Positions 21,782 to 31,918 are shown, counted from the first letter of the stretch. The stretch: DNA of 54,375 bases from an uncultured virus (IMG/VR IMGVR_UViG_3300024420_000237) (IMGVR_UViG_3300024420_000237:62001-116375), one strand, 5' to 3'. Numbers and translations are program-made. The notes: generated by a model from the sequence alone, not told the origin.

Positions 21782-22384
21782 ATGCCAAACTTAGTACCAA
21801 TGGTCGTAGACCAAACTGCAAACGGAGAACGTAGCTTTGATATATTCTCACGTTTGTTAAAAGAAAGAGTTATATTCTTAACAGGTGAAGTCAATGACTA
21901 TCAGTCTGACTTACTTTGTGCCCAATTTCTGTTCCTAGAAGCAGAAAACCCAACAAAAGATATACATTTTTATATCAACTCACCAGGCGGAGCAGTAACA
22001 GCCGGAATGGCAATCTATGATACTATGCAATTCATTCAACCAGATGTTTCAACAATGGTTTTAGGTCAAGCATGTAGCATGGGTTCATTATTGGCAACTG
22101 CGGGAGCTCCCGGCAAACGATTTATGTTACCTCATGCAAGACACATGATACATCAACCAAGTGGCGGCGCCGGTGGACAGGCAACTGACATGGAAATTCA
22201 AGTCAAAGAAATCTTAAAAGTTAAAGAAAGTTTGACTAGTATCTATGTAAAACATAACTCTAAAGGCAAAACTTATGAAGATTTCTATAGTGATATGGAA
22301 CGTGATAAGTTCATGGGCCCAGAAGAGGCACTAGAATACGGGTTAATTGATAAAATTATCAATGAAAGACCTGAAAATCAGTAA
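21782..22384 (+). CDS. clpP: ATP-dependent Clp protease proteolytic subunit (phage-encoded)
   Basis: [32 protein letters not shown], catalytic Ser in QACSMG, His in MIHQP, ERDKFM. Start ATG 21782 rather than 21605. Confidence 0.95.
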   Translation: MPNLVPMVVDQTANGERSFDIFSRLLKERVIFLTGEVNDYQSDLLCAQFLFLEAENPTKDIHFYINSPGGAVTAGMAIYDTMQFIQPDVSTMVLGQACSMGSLLATAGAPGKRFMLPHARHMIHQPSGGAGGQATDMEIQVKEILKVKESLTSIYVKHNSKGKTYEDFYSDMERDKFMGPEEALEYGLIDKIINERPENQ

Positions 22385-22398
22385 GTAGTCTAATACTT

Positions 22399-22439
22399 AA
22401 CGGGTTAAAATGTAATTATGCAATTTAACCCGTTTTTTT
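22399..22439 (+). terminator. Intrinsic terminator after clpP
   Basis: Stem AACGGGTTAAA / TTTAACCCGTT running into a T7 tract. Confidence 0.8.
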
Positions 22440-22451
22440 ATGGCTAAAAAC

Positions 22452-22479
22452 TTGACAGATTAGCGAATCGTAGTATAAT
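22452..22479 (+). promoter_or_regulatory. Early sigma70-type promoter with TAGCGAATCGT spacer motif
   Basis: TTGACA, 16 bp, TATAAT; spacer motif shared with 22869-22896. Confidence 0.75.
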
Positions 22480-22511
22480 AATAGTATATTCAATAAAGAG
22501 AGGGTTTAAAT

Positions 22512-22865
22512 ATGACTACAATGACAGTAAAAGAACTAAGTGTGTTAGCAGAATCAAAAGCAAATCAGGCTTCTTTAGATTATTTCAATTCAAAACTAGG
22601 TGGTAAGGACAATTATCCCTGTGGTTTTGCATGGGTTACTGTTCGTCCTGAAAATAAGGGCAATACTAAGCTAGGTAAAGAAGAACGTAGAGTGTTAGAA
22701 TCTATGGGATTTTCAAAAGATTGGACTGGCAAAGCGTGGCAAATCTGGAATCCAGGTAAAGTTAACGTACAAAATGTTGATGTTAAAGAAGCAGGTGCTC
22801 AGGCATATGCAGATGTAATGTCTTCTGCTGGGTTTAATGCTTCTTGTGGTTCACGTTTAGACTAA
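22512..22865 (+). CDS. Hypothetical early phage protein (CGFAWV motif)
   Basis: 117-aa ORF with AGAGAGG RBS and its own promoter. Confidence 0.8.
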   Translation: MTTMTVKELSVLAESKANQASLDYFNSKLGGKDNYPCGFAWVTVRPENKGNTKLGKEERRVLESMGFSKDWTGKAWQIWNPGKVNVQNVDVKEAGAQAYADVMSSAGFNASCGSRLD

Positions 22866-22868
22866 AAC

Positions 22869-22896
22869 TTGACAAACTAGCGAATCGTGTTATATT
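22869..22896 (+). promoter_or_regulatory. Early sigma70-type promoter with TAGCGAATCGT spacer motif
   Basis: TTGACA, 16 bp, TATATT with extended TG. Confidence 0.75.
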
Positions 22897-22926
22897 AATT
22901 ACATAATCAACAGAGAGGTTACTAAT

Positions 22927-23274
22927 ATGAAATACAAGTTATATCAAATTCATCTTACAGATGCAGAAATTGATTTAATCAATGAAGAAGGACATGATGC
23001 TGTTCATAAGCAATCATTGAAATTAGATATGAATTTTTCAAAGAATGACACAGGTATGGTTGCCCGGGATGCATTCAATCGTGGATACTACACGCATGTT
23101 AGTAACATCACTGCTGATAGTTTAGAGGGCGTGTTTCATGTAGGGAACATGGGCCCAGAAGAAGACATTGAGCGTTTGTCTCGTATGTACAGTGTTAGTG
23201 TTGGTGACATTGTGGAAGATGAAGATGGCAAGCAATCAGTAGTTGCTAATTTTGGTTTTAAAGAGGTAGCCTAA
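22927..23274 (+). CDS. Hypothetical early protein, possibly YodL-like
   Basis: YKLYQI N-terminus, SLEGVFHVGN and SVSVGDIV..GF C-terminus resemble the YodL domain pattern; AGAGAGG RBS. Confidence 0.5.
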   Translation: MKYKLYQIHLTDAEIDLINEEGHDAVHKQSLKLDMNFSKNDTGMVARDAFNRGYYTHVSNITADSLEGVFHVGNMGPEEDIERLSRMYSVSVGDIVEDEDGKQSVVANFGFKEVA

Positions 23275-23909
23275 CTAAAGCCAGGAACAAAACTCCACAT
23301 CTTAGAAGTTTTAATTTTCATAGCGGCTAGTTTTTCATTAATCTGGCCGTTATTCTTTTTAATATTAGTCTGAATTTCATCTGTAATATTATACCATTTT
23401 TCATTATTAATCAATGCAATGATAGGATGTCCTTCAATTTTATCAACGCCTTCATTGAAGAAATAATATAACAATGCATCAAATTGTGGTTGAGATAATT
23501 CTTTCTTAACAAACTTTTCTAAAACATTTCCTATATTACGTAATTGCTTTTCTAATATAAAGTTTGCCATTGGTTTTGTAATTTTGCCTGTACCTATGTC
23601 TATTCTCTGTGAGGCAACGGTTATATATCCATAACGCTTTTCTGTATTTGTTATTTTATAACCAAACCCAACAGTATCATCTGTTATCTCTAACATAGGT
23701 TTGTTTGTATCAATGATTGCATTCTTACTCATTTCACTGAATATTAAATCTGTTATTGGAAAGCATGTCAATCTAACGTGTGATAATATATAAGTAGGCT
23801 CACCGGTTTCTTTGTAGCCCGTACCTAAATAAGTGCCATTAGGAGTTACAACATTCAACGGAAGTTGAATATAATTTAGCAATGACCCTTTTCTTTTATC
23901 AAATAACAT
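23271..23909 (-). CDS. Phage lysozyme (GH24)-fold protein, probably catalytically degenerate
   Basis: TVGFGY and LSQPQFDALLYYFFNEG match the lysozyme TIGYG and LTQxQFDALVSFxxNxG motifs; directly follows the gp5-like gene. Confidence 0.6.
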   Translation of the reverse strand: MLFDKRKGSLLNYIQLPLNVVTPNGTYLGTGYKETGEPTYILSHVRLTCFPITDLIFSEMSKNAIIDTNKPMLEITDDTVGFGYKITNTEKRYGYITVASQRIDIGTGKITKPMANFILEKQLRNIGNVLEKFVKKELSQPQFDALLYYFFNEGVDKIEGHPIIALINNEKWYNITDEIQTNIKKNNGQINEKLAAMKIKTSKMWSFVPGFS

Positions 23910-25765
23910 TACGCTAACCTCACTGCGGTTGTTCCTGTAACAGAAGAACTATCTGCTACACTGTATGAACGAGTTAATCGGTATGCGCCTCTTTCTGCAC
24001 TTGCGGCTGAGAAATGCATTGGATCCCATGGAGCACTCCAGTTTCCGCCCCAACCTAAACCATGCCTTGCGGCTATCTCACCGATGTTAAGTGGGAAGTC
24101 ACAGCCTTGGTCTGCGCCTCTAGTCACACCTGGATTCCAACCAGCTGGTCTTGTTCGTGCATATCCGTTTGGTGCATATGCATTAATATCTATTGCGGCT
24201 CCCATTGCATGGAAGCTAGGTCTTGAACCACCTCTTTGATTTCTATTACAGTAACCGCCCAATGTTTTAATAACGTATCCGGTTGCTTCTAAATCATCAA
24301 TTAATCCTTGGAAGTTAGATTGGAATATTGCCGCAACCTGACAGCCTACTCCATTACTTGCACGTATAGATGCCAAGCCTTCTCCGGGAGGAAGCCCAGG
24401 AACATCTTCGTTTGATGTTTCATTTGAATCTTGATTTGCGGCATCCATTTGTCCAGATGCACTATTTGGATCACTTGCTATTTCATTACCAGCGTTTTGT
24501 GTTTCGTTGTTATTCTCGCCAGGCGTAGACCCATCTGCGGCTTTTTGTACTGTTTCTGTACCACGCAAGAAAGGTTCATGTGTTGGGAATTTAGGTATAA
24601 TACTTTTTTCAATTACTGTGTTTTCTAAATTCTGAATATCTGGTTGTGTTTCTAATGGTATATCATAAGCGATAGAAGCCATAGGACCATTAAGATGTAG
24701 CTTGCCATTAACTGTAGAAACATACATACTTGTTTCAACTTTCTGATGTAGTGACCCACCACTTTCATAAAACTGCGAACCAATAGTCTTAGTATGCATT
24801 TGATTATCTACGTTAATATTATAATTGTTTATAGCATGTAGATTAATATTTTCACCAGCTTCAAGGTTTATATTTTTATCTGCACGTAGATTGAAATCTT
24901 TTTCTGTACGCATCGACAATGATCCTTCAGCATAAACCATCACTTCACCATCTGCTCCAATTTCAACCCAACCGGAACCTGAACTATTGATTGCATATAC
25001 AAAATCATTTGTGCCATCAACAATAACTTGTGCGCCTGAACCTGTCGAAATTCTAATTTGATTAGGGTGTATTGTGCCATCGTCTCCGACAGACCCATCA
25101 TCCATTGTAATTCCATTACCACCTGGTGTAGTCCAGCCATAAACTTTTGAGTGTTGCGTTGTTTCATAGTTTGCATCACGTAATGGACTTGCAGTAGATT
25201 GTCCTCGTTTATTATCAGAAAATATACCTTGACTTGCTGAGTTTACATTTCTGTTAGAATTTCCTTGGTCTGCTTCATCTGTATTTTGTAATTCTGCTAA
25301 TGTGTTAGGTGTAGACTTTGCAACTTTAACATCTTTGGCAATTCCTTCACCCATTCCACTGCCGTCAGGATTGGCAGTACCTGCCGCACCACCTGGTACA
25401 GTGCCGGGAACTTCTTGTGCAACTGCGAACCAATAACCTTCGTTTAGATTTCCGTTATCTGCAAAGAAAACTAATATAGTAACTCCGCCATCTGGTGGGA
25501 CAGAGAACATACCATATGAACCTTGAGAGTTTGAGCCTCCGAAAGAACTTGCATACATAAAATACATTGGCTCATCTGGATCTCCGCCCAATTTAGGAAC
25601 ATAAGCCGCTATACGTCCTCGTCCTTCTGGATCTGGTTTTCCTCCAACAGTTATGGCTTTATATATGCCACTTTTAATATTCTGTAAAATAGGATTTTCT
25701 TGCGACTTTCGATTGCTCAAAAGAGATTTTGCAAGACTGTTTCCTATAGTAGATTGATTAGCCAT
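23909..25765 (-). CDS. Baseplate central spike (gp5/VgrG-like) with C-terminal M15 peptidase
   Basis: OB-fold DPEGRGRI..VPP..G..VFF, beta-helix-like repeats, PTHEPF, then SFHAMGAAIDIN (SxHxxGxAxD) and WGGNW..DPMHF zinc-peptidase motifs. Confidence 0.8.
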   Translation of the reverse strand: MANQSTIGNSLAKSLLSNRKSQENPILQNIKSGIYKAITVGGKPDPEGRGRIAAYVPKLGGDPDEPMYFMYASSFGGSNSQGSYGMFSVPPDGGVTILVFFADNGNLNEGYWFAVAQEVPGTVPGGAAGTANPDGSGMGEGIAKDVKVAKSTPNTLAELQNTDEADQGNSNRNVNSASQGIFSDNKRGQSTASPLRDANYETTQHSKVYGWTTPGGNGITMDDGSVGDDGTIHPNQIRISTGSGAQVIVDGTNDFVYAINSSGSGWVEIGADGEVMVYAEGSLSMRTEKDFNLRADKNINLEAGENINLHAINNYNINVDNQMHTKTIGSQFYESGGSLHQKVETSMYVSTVNGKLHLNGPMASIAYDIPLETQPDIQNLENTVIEKSIIPKFPTHEPFLRGTETVQKAADGSTPGENNNETQNAGNEIASDPNSASGQMDAANQDSNETSNEDVPGLPPGEGLASIRASNGVGCQVAAIFQSNFQGLIDDLEATGYVIKTLGGYCNRNQRGGSRPSFHAMGAAIDINAYAPNGYARTRPAGWNPGVTRGADQGCDFPLNIGEIAARHGLGWGGNWSAPWDPMHFSAASAERGAYRLTRSYSVADSSSVTGTTAVRLA

Positions 25766-26744
25766 TGTTTATTTTCCTATACGCTTGATGTATGTTTTTA
25801 GCTAAATCTTTATTCGCAATTTCATCAAAATGCCCACAACTTAGCCTACTATAATCAAGTGGTGTATTGATAATTTCTACTTTTCTGTCTAAAGTATTCA
25901 TATCATTTATGTATTTATTTGCCAATTCCATTGCATCTGGTAAAATATTATACTGTTCCCAAAATCCTATATTAACAAATATAATATTCCATTTGTTTGC
26001 AAGAGTTAACCAATGCAATCGTCTTAATATTATCTCAACATTTTTAATAAAAGAATTTGCATTAGTATTAATATGTAGCATATGCGCCGCCCAAGATTCG
26101 TCTAATGCTTTTTGGGCTTTTGCACTACGTTTGTTAAAATTTGTATGAAACTCTTGCGATGCTTCTGGTAGTTCCCATAGAATTTCTGGATCAACTATCG
26201 GCATTTTTCTTATTCCTAAATTTGGATTAATATTTGCATTTGTATCCCAAGCTCTTAGTAGCTCATTGTATATTGGCTTAGTTGGTTTGTCTATACCAGG
26301 TGACAAAATGTTCATATACCATGCATGTCTCATCATCGAGGACATACTATACACAATAGTTTTTGTCTGTTTAGACTTTGGTTCATTTGTCCATTGTTCT
26401 AATCTTCGCATTATTGTTTCGTTTCCAGAACCAGGTTTTGCTAAATTTATCCAAAACTTATTTTTATCTTTTTTATTCAATAACGCACTCAAGCACCATT
26501 TCTCTGGTAACCCATCGCCAAACATAAAACTATCACCGAATATAGGAATTATTTCTTCTTCGAAATCTTCAAAATTTGTTAAGTCTGTTCTTGTAGGCCA
26601 AGCATTAGGCCATACTTCTTTTTGTTCACCAAATTTAGGGTCAATGGTATACGGAGTATAATATGTTTTATCCATATCATGTCTTCCATCATCAAACAAC
26701 TTACTGAAAGTTGAATACTCATTATTAAATTCGTTAGTCTTCAT
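25758..26744 (-). CDS. SGNH/GDSL hydrolase-like protein
   Basis: FGDSFMFG block I, NLAKPGSGN block II, C-terminal His (CGHF). Confidence 0.65.
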   Translation of the reverse strand: MKTNEFNNEYSTFSKLFDDGRHDMDKTYYTPYTIDPKFGEQKEVWPNAWPTRTDLTNFEDFEEEIIPIFGDSFMFGDGLPEKWCLSALLNKKDKNKFWINLAKPGSGNETIMRRLEQWTNEPKSKQTKTIVYSMSSMMRHAWYMNILSPGIDKPTKPIYNELLRAWDTNANINPNLGIRKMPIVDPEILWELPEASQEFHTNFNKRSAKAQKALDESWAAHMLHINTNANSFIKNVEIILRRLHWLTLANKWNIIFVNIGFWEQYNILPDAMELANKYINDMNTLDRKVEIINTPLDYSRLSCGHFDEIANKDLAKNIHQAYRKINNG

Positions 26745-26752
26745 TCTATTTC

Positions 26753-29700
26753 CTACGGCGTTGGTGGGTTAACTATCACAAAATCAGCGGCATTAAATCG
26801 AACGCCTATTTGCAATGCACCAGTTTCTGGGTTTCTACTATCTTCATTTGCAACTCCCGATGCAGTTGTTACCGCAATATCTGGGTACTCATTGGCTATT
26901 GTATTTTTTAAATTCATTGGGTTTAGTCCAGGTTTATAATATTCAAATGATCCAACAGGCGCAGTTGAATCGACTAATCCAAAATGTGTTACTGGGTCTG
27001 TTATCGTTTGTATTGTTCCTGAAGAGTCTCTATATGTTATAGGACCAATTGCACTGTAATCTAATACTTGCGAGGTGTAAGTTTCTCCATCAAAAGTTTC
27101 TGTTAATGTTGTTCTTGGTGCCGCTTCAACTTTGGTTAATATATCATTGTACACATCTTTTGCATTAGTATATTGTGCAACTTGTGAAGCAGACACTTCT
27201 CCGTCTGATATTGCATCAACTATATTACTGTTAGAAATTGATGTGCCAGTCCTATCACCAAGTGTTTCAACTACTATTATAGGTGCAGTAGCATTTGGTT
27301 CTTTGATTGGTACTGCAACATTTTCATATTTAATTTCGCCATTTTCTTCAACTGGTATTATACCAGTAGTTACACCATCGGTTGAACTTAAATCACTTCT
27401 TATATCATTTACTTCGGTTTGTAATTTAGATGCAAGTTCTTCGTCACTTTCTCTTCCTGCTTCTGTCCAATACCAACTCTCTAATCTTTCTTCTGTGTCT
27501 TTTAGTTCTGCTTCTTTTTCATTTAGCAACTCTAATTTCTTTTGTTTCTTCAATGCATCTATTGCCTCTCCTCTAGTTCCTGAGGTTGCGTTTGTTGTAA
27601 TTGTATCAATAGTGCTTTCTATTGCTTTGACTTCCGAATATTCTTGGTCTGTTAAATCATGTAAACTTCTGCCATCGATAATATTAATGGCTTTTTGGTT
27701 CAATGCTGAAACTTTGTCTGCTTCGTTTACTGTAAGAGTATTAAGCCCAACATCAACTGAATAATTTCTTGTGCCAAGTCCTGTTCGGTAACTTTCTACG
27801 TTTACCTGATGTCCGTGATTTTCTATTGGAACAGTACCGTCAAGAATTGACGCGGCACCATTGATACTTGCCGCCTTTTCTGCATTGGTTGTGTTAGGGT
27901 CATTCACATCTATCGTTTCTAAATCAGACATTATTGATTGTGGATCTTTTATAATATCATCCTCGCCTTTAAGGTATCGTTCTGATTCTATTCGATTTGC
28001 TTCGTTTACCTTAGTTAGTGCTTCTTGGTCTAATCCTGTTACAGTTGTTCCCACGGTTGCATTTTCAGTTGCCTCAAGTGCGTGGTCTATCTCTGCCATA
28101 GTTTGTGCTGTTACAGTATAACCTTCGTCTATGGCTTCATTGTAAGCATTTCGAGTTGCATCCGATACTGACTCATTTCCTGTTTGATAATCGTCTGCTA
28201 ATCTTTTTGCAATCTTTTGTGCAGATTGTTGTACCGCAATACAAGATTGTTCATGACCTAATGCACATAGTCCCTCGGCCTGTTGTCTAGCAAGTGCTAA
28301 TTGTTTTGCAACTGATTCATTTGGAACTGCGTAATCGTTTTGGTTTGAAGGTTCAAGAAAGTTATTTGTTGCAGTTTGTAATGCCATGACCGCATGCGGT
28401 CCCGCACCATCTATATCAACTACATACACATCGCCCTCTGGTGTTATTCCAGTACCTGCGCCCTGTGGTGCAACTATATCATCTGCAAATTCTTTTGCTT
28501 CCGCGTCTTCTTTTGCATTTGGATTCACAACAGCATCGCCTCCATCATTGAGTCCTAATCTATCTTGTACTGGTAATTGAAAATAACCGTCTGACATTAA
28601 TTCTGGATTAGGAGCTCCTAGTACTGCATCTACTGTTTGAAATTCTTCCGCCGCTGGTATCTTTACCATTTGTAATGTTTGTGTAAATAATCCACCACTG
28701 AATGAACTAATAACTGAGTTAACAGAATATACACTAGTCATTAGTCGTGTCTTTTTTATTCCATCATAATTTTCTGCATCTAGTCCTACTCTCTCTGGGT
28801 TATTTAAATAAACGCCTTCTGCTTTATCTGTAACTAAGATAAGATAATTTACTCCATTAATATTCGTAGAATGCATTTTATATTCATCAAGTGCATTTGC
28901 ATTGCCGTATTTTGCTTTTATCATAGAAGGAGAATACACGCTATCTACCCAATATGGGTCTCCTTTGATAGTCATTTGTGCATTCATCATACTTAAATTA
29001 TTATTTCTTCCTTCATAATATTTTGCTTGTGCAAGTTCAATATCTTCTTGGTCAGCCGATTTAATAACATTCAAGTTAGTAGGATTTTCTAATAATGATT
29101 TAGTAATACGTGAAAAGTTAACTGGGTTTTCTACAAGTGCTTTTAATAAACTATCAAATTGGTCAAGACTTAATTTACTAATCATTTCTTTATCTAAATT
29201 TTCAGTAAGTATAAGTTCCTGTCCTTCACTGCCAGGGAATAATCCCAAGTCATTCCAATTGTCTCCGATGGTTGAAGTGCTTTCAATAATTTTAGTTGAG
29301 TATAGTTGTCCCAATGCCTCACGCATTAAGTCATTTTGTGCAATTTCATTTTCTTTTTCTTCTCTTAGTAAATCATTTTGACTTTGGTTTGAATCTTGTA
29401 TTTGATTAAATAGCTTGTTACGATTTTCACGAACTTCTCCCTTCATAATATCTTGAAGAATTTCATACTCTTGTGAATCTTCATCAAACATACTCATCAT
29501 TTGATTTGCATCAGCATTTTGAATTTGTTCATATATTTTTTGTGCTTCGGCGGCCTCTCCTGGTCCACCAACACGACTCATAAGTCTGTCTCTGAATTCG
29601 TTTCGTACTTCTGCACTAAGGTCTGCAAATTGTCCTTCAAGTGTTCGAGCGTTTGCTCTATGCATTCTAAGTGTTTCACCCAATGTTCCAGACTCTTCTT

Positions 29701-31618
29701 CCAGTTCTGTTAGCTTCTGTTGGGCTCTTTCATCGATTTGTGTACGCCAATCTCCAACTGCTTCTAAGAAACCATTTGCCATGTAGGTATCGCTAGGTTT
29801 TACGTATGCTTTTTGAAGTTGATTATCCAGTGATATAGTTAAATCTAATATGTGTTCATTCCTACCAGTATATTGATAGTAATATCTTTTATTACAATGA
29901 CCTTCTAAGAATATACTTCTTAAAACTTTTGCAGTATCTTCTGTTAGCTTTGCGTTGTGTGATTGATTTTGTACTATTAAACTTTTTTGCACAGTTAAAA
30001 AATAATTTACTTCATAAGTTTGTTTACTTGTCAATACATTATAGCCACCTAACTTAGGTGTTGCATGTGGTAGAACTCTAAACAAGTTTGATAGTTGAGG
30101 AGAATCATCAGTTAGTGCTTCTCTAATTAAACTTGAGTTTAAACAAATACTTTCTATTGCATTATATATAGATGAACCAGGCGTTATAACACCAGTTTGC
30201 TGTCCTATTTTAACACTAGCTGTTTCAGATGTTTCATTATTTCCAGATGAAGTATTGGGAACATCCGGAGAAGTCATTTGGCCTTGACCAAACATTTGTT
30301 TAAAATCGTCAGACATTTCGAAATTATATTCATTAATAAAATCTGAGTTTGACGTTACTGCTTTTTCTTCTATCTTTGCGTTTAGTTTTTTAAAGAAGTT
30401 GTCTAGTGTTTCTTCTAAGGTAGCCGCAACATCAAATTCAAAGTTATAATCCATTTGAGACAGTTCAGTATCAGCTACTACTTTATCATTTACGATTGTA
30501 CCATCTAATATTAAGTTTGTACCTTTACTTTCTGTTTGAGATTGTAGTTCATTATATTTTGTAATAACAAATGGGAATATTTTTGTAGCGGGTAAGTTTC
30601 TAACTTGGTTGCCACTTTCATCATAACCCTTAAAGCGTACTTTCATAAAGAATATTGCATTCTGTAAGTCAGGATATCCGCACAATAAAATACTGTTTTG
30701 TAACATATCAGGCAAAGAAGTTCCGCCAACTTGGCTGATAGTAAATTGTAAATTAGTGGCAGTACCTGCCATTTTTGATGCTGAACCAGTTCCGTTACCG
30801 ACACTAGTGATAGTTAAATCTGTAATGTTTAATTCTGTGGTGACGCCCGTTCTTGCTATCGTAATCACATTCATGTTGTTAGTAGGCCAAGCATCGTTTA
30901 CCACATCGTCTATAAGTTGTGGAGTCTGTTCATAGGCAAGAAACTTATTTGCTTCTTGTTGGTTAACAACAAACAAATCTAAATTGTAAGTATAATGTTC
31001 AAACGCATCTAATTCATTTTCCCAAAATAAATTATTCGATTCCATATTTTTTAATAAACTGGACAAACTTCCTGAACCAGATATCGCATTACTTTTTAGG
31101 CTTCTCGTATCGTCAATTCCTTGAGTTGGGGGTTCACTAAGCTGTTCGCCATTTGAAAATAAATCACGCTGAGTATCATCATCAATAACAGGAGAACTAT
31201 CAGGTATATTACCATATGCCATGTCCAACCCAGTACCGATACTGTCTGCGAAATAGGCAGATGCTTCATTTCCGCCTTCTTTTTGAATCATTGCACTTAC
31301 CATTTTTTCTGCTAGTTCTGGATTAGCAGATAAATCAATAGGAGTATTTTTATCTATTCCCATTTTATTTGCTACAAAATCTACATATCCAGATGTATCA
31401 TTTTCATTAGGAGGAGCCCAACGTTGAATCATTCCCTCTACATCAGTTAGTCCGTGCCTATCTTGGTAAGTTTCTAGCGTTTTGCCTAAAGCCCTTACTC
31501 CATGCTCAGGCGTAGCAAATGAAACAAATGAACCATCGCCACCTGTTGCACCTTGCCATGCTGTTGCATTGCTTCTGATGTTACCTGGGTTATTATTTCT
31601 TACGCTTCTGACTGCCAT
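26753..31618 (-). CDS. Large baseplate hub-like protein with N-terminal RNNNPGN (lysozyme-like) domain
   Basis: RNNNPGNIR..FATPEHGVRAL..IQRWAPPNENDTSGY..EGG at the N-terminus. MTIKGDP and YSVNSVISSFSGGLFTQTL resemble the gp27/GpD hub C-terminus. Lies between gp53-like and gp5-like genes. Confidence 0.65.
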   Translation of the reverse strand: MAVRSVRNNNPGNIRSNATAWQGATGGDGSFVSFATPEHGVRALGKTLETYQDRHGLTDVEGMIQRWAPPNENDTSGYVDFVANKMGIDKNTPIDLSANPELAEKMVSAMIQKEGGNEASAYFADSIGTGLDMAYGNIPDSSPVIDDDTQRDLFSNGEQLSEPPTQGIDDTRSLKSNAISGSGSLSSLLKNMESNNLFWENELDAFEHYTYNLDLFVVNQQEANKFLAYEQTPQLIDDVVNDAWPTNNMNVITIARTGVTTELNITDLTITSVGNGTGSASKMAGTATNLQFTISQVGGTSLPDMLQNSILLCGYPDLQNAIFFMKVRFKGYDESGNQVRNLPATKIFPFVITKYNELQSQTESKGTNLILDGTIVNDKVVADTELSQMDYNFEFDVAATLEETLDNFFKKLNAKIEEKAVTSNSDFINEYNFEMSDDFKQMFGQGQMTSPDVPNTSSGNNETSETASVKIGQQTGVITPGSSIYNAIESICLNSSLIREALTDDSPQLSNLFRVLPHATPKLGGYNVLTSKQTYEVNYFLTVQKSLIVQNQSHNAKLTEDTAKVLRSIFLEGHCNKRYYYQYTGRNEHILDLTISLDNQLQKAYVKPSDTYMANGFLEAVGDWRTQIDERAQQKLTELEEESGTLGETLRMHRANARTLEGQFADLSAEVRNEFRDRLMSRVGGPGEAAEAQKIYEQIQNADANQMMSMFDEDSQEYEILQDIMKGEVRENRNKLFNQIQDSNQSQNDLLREEKENEIAQNDLMREALGQLYSTKIIESTSTIGDNWNDLGLFPGSEGQELILTENLDKEMISKLSLDQFDSLLKALVENPVNFSRITKSLLENPTNLNVIKSADQEDIELAQAKYYEGRNNNLSMMNAQMTIKGDPYWVDSVYSPSMIKAKYGNANALDEYKMHSTNINGVNYLILVTDKAEGVYLNNPERVGLDAENYDGIKKTRLMTSVYSVNSVISSFSGGLFTQTLQMVKIPAAEEFQTVDAVLGAPNPELMSDGYFQLPVQDRLGLNDGGDAVVNPNAKEDAEAKEFADDIVAPQGAGTGITPEGDVYVVDIDGAGPHAVMALQTATNNFLEPSNQNDYAVPNESVAKQLALARQQAEGLCALGHEQSCIAVQQSAQKIAKRLADDYQTGNESVSDATRNAYNEAIDEGYTVTAQTMAEIDHALEATENATVGTTVTGLDQEALTKVNEANRIESERYLKGEDDIIKDPQSIMSDLETIDVNDPNTTNAEKAASINGAASILDGTVPIENHGHQVNVESYRTGLGTRNYSVDVGLNTLTVNEADKVSALNQKAINIIDGRSLHDLTDQEYSEVKAIESTIDTITTNATSGTRGEAIDALKKQKKLELLNEKEAELKDTEERLESWYWTEAGRESDEELASKLQTEVNDIRSDLSSTDGVTTGIIPVEENGEIKYENVAVPIKEPNATAPIIVVETLGDRTGTSISNSNIVDAISDGEVSASQVAQYTNAKDVYNDILTKVEAAPRTTLTETFDGETYTSQVLDYSAIGPITYRDSSGTIQTITDPVTHFGLVDSTAPVGSFEYYKPGLNPMNLKNTIANEYPDIAVTTASGVANEDSRNPETGALQIGVRFNAADFVIVNPPTP

Positions 31619-31624
31619 TGTACA

Positions 31625-31918
31625 CTACTTCATTTCGTCTAATTGATTTTTGCTAGGTATTTTAATTTTAGTACCCGCTGTGAAATCGTTTATCGGGTCC
31701 TGAATAGTATCAGGATTTCTTTTAGCAAAAACCCACCAGTATTTGGAAGTACCATATAGGTCATAACTACACAAATCAGGTCTAAGATTGTAGTTCTGTG
31801 GTATAGTATACGTTTCGTCTAACGCACTTTTTTGTAAGTAGACAGGATTTTGTATGTCTAGTACTTTATTTTTTATTACCGCAGTTTTCTTCCACGGTGA
31901 AGTTGGATCATATGCCAT
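31625..31918 (-). CDS. Baseplate wedge protein (gp53/LysM-like)
   Basis: RPDLCSYDLYGTSKYWWVFAKRN..DP..G..IKIP motif. Confidence 0.75.
   Translation of the reverse strand: MAYDPTSPWKKTAVIKNKVLDIQNPVYLQKSALDETYTIPQNYNLRPDLCSYDLYGTSKYWWVFAKRNPDTIQDPINDFTAGTKIKIPSKNQLDEMK

Noticed and set aside
8263..29713. Numerous 60-210 aa plus-strand ORFs inside baseplate genes
   Set aside because: Fully nested antisense to well-supported long ORFs, with mirror-like composition.
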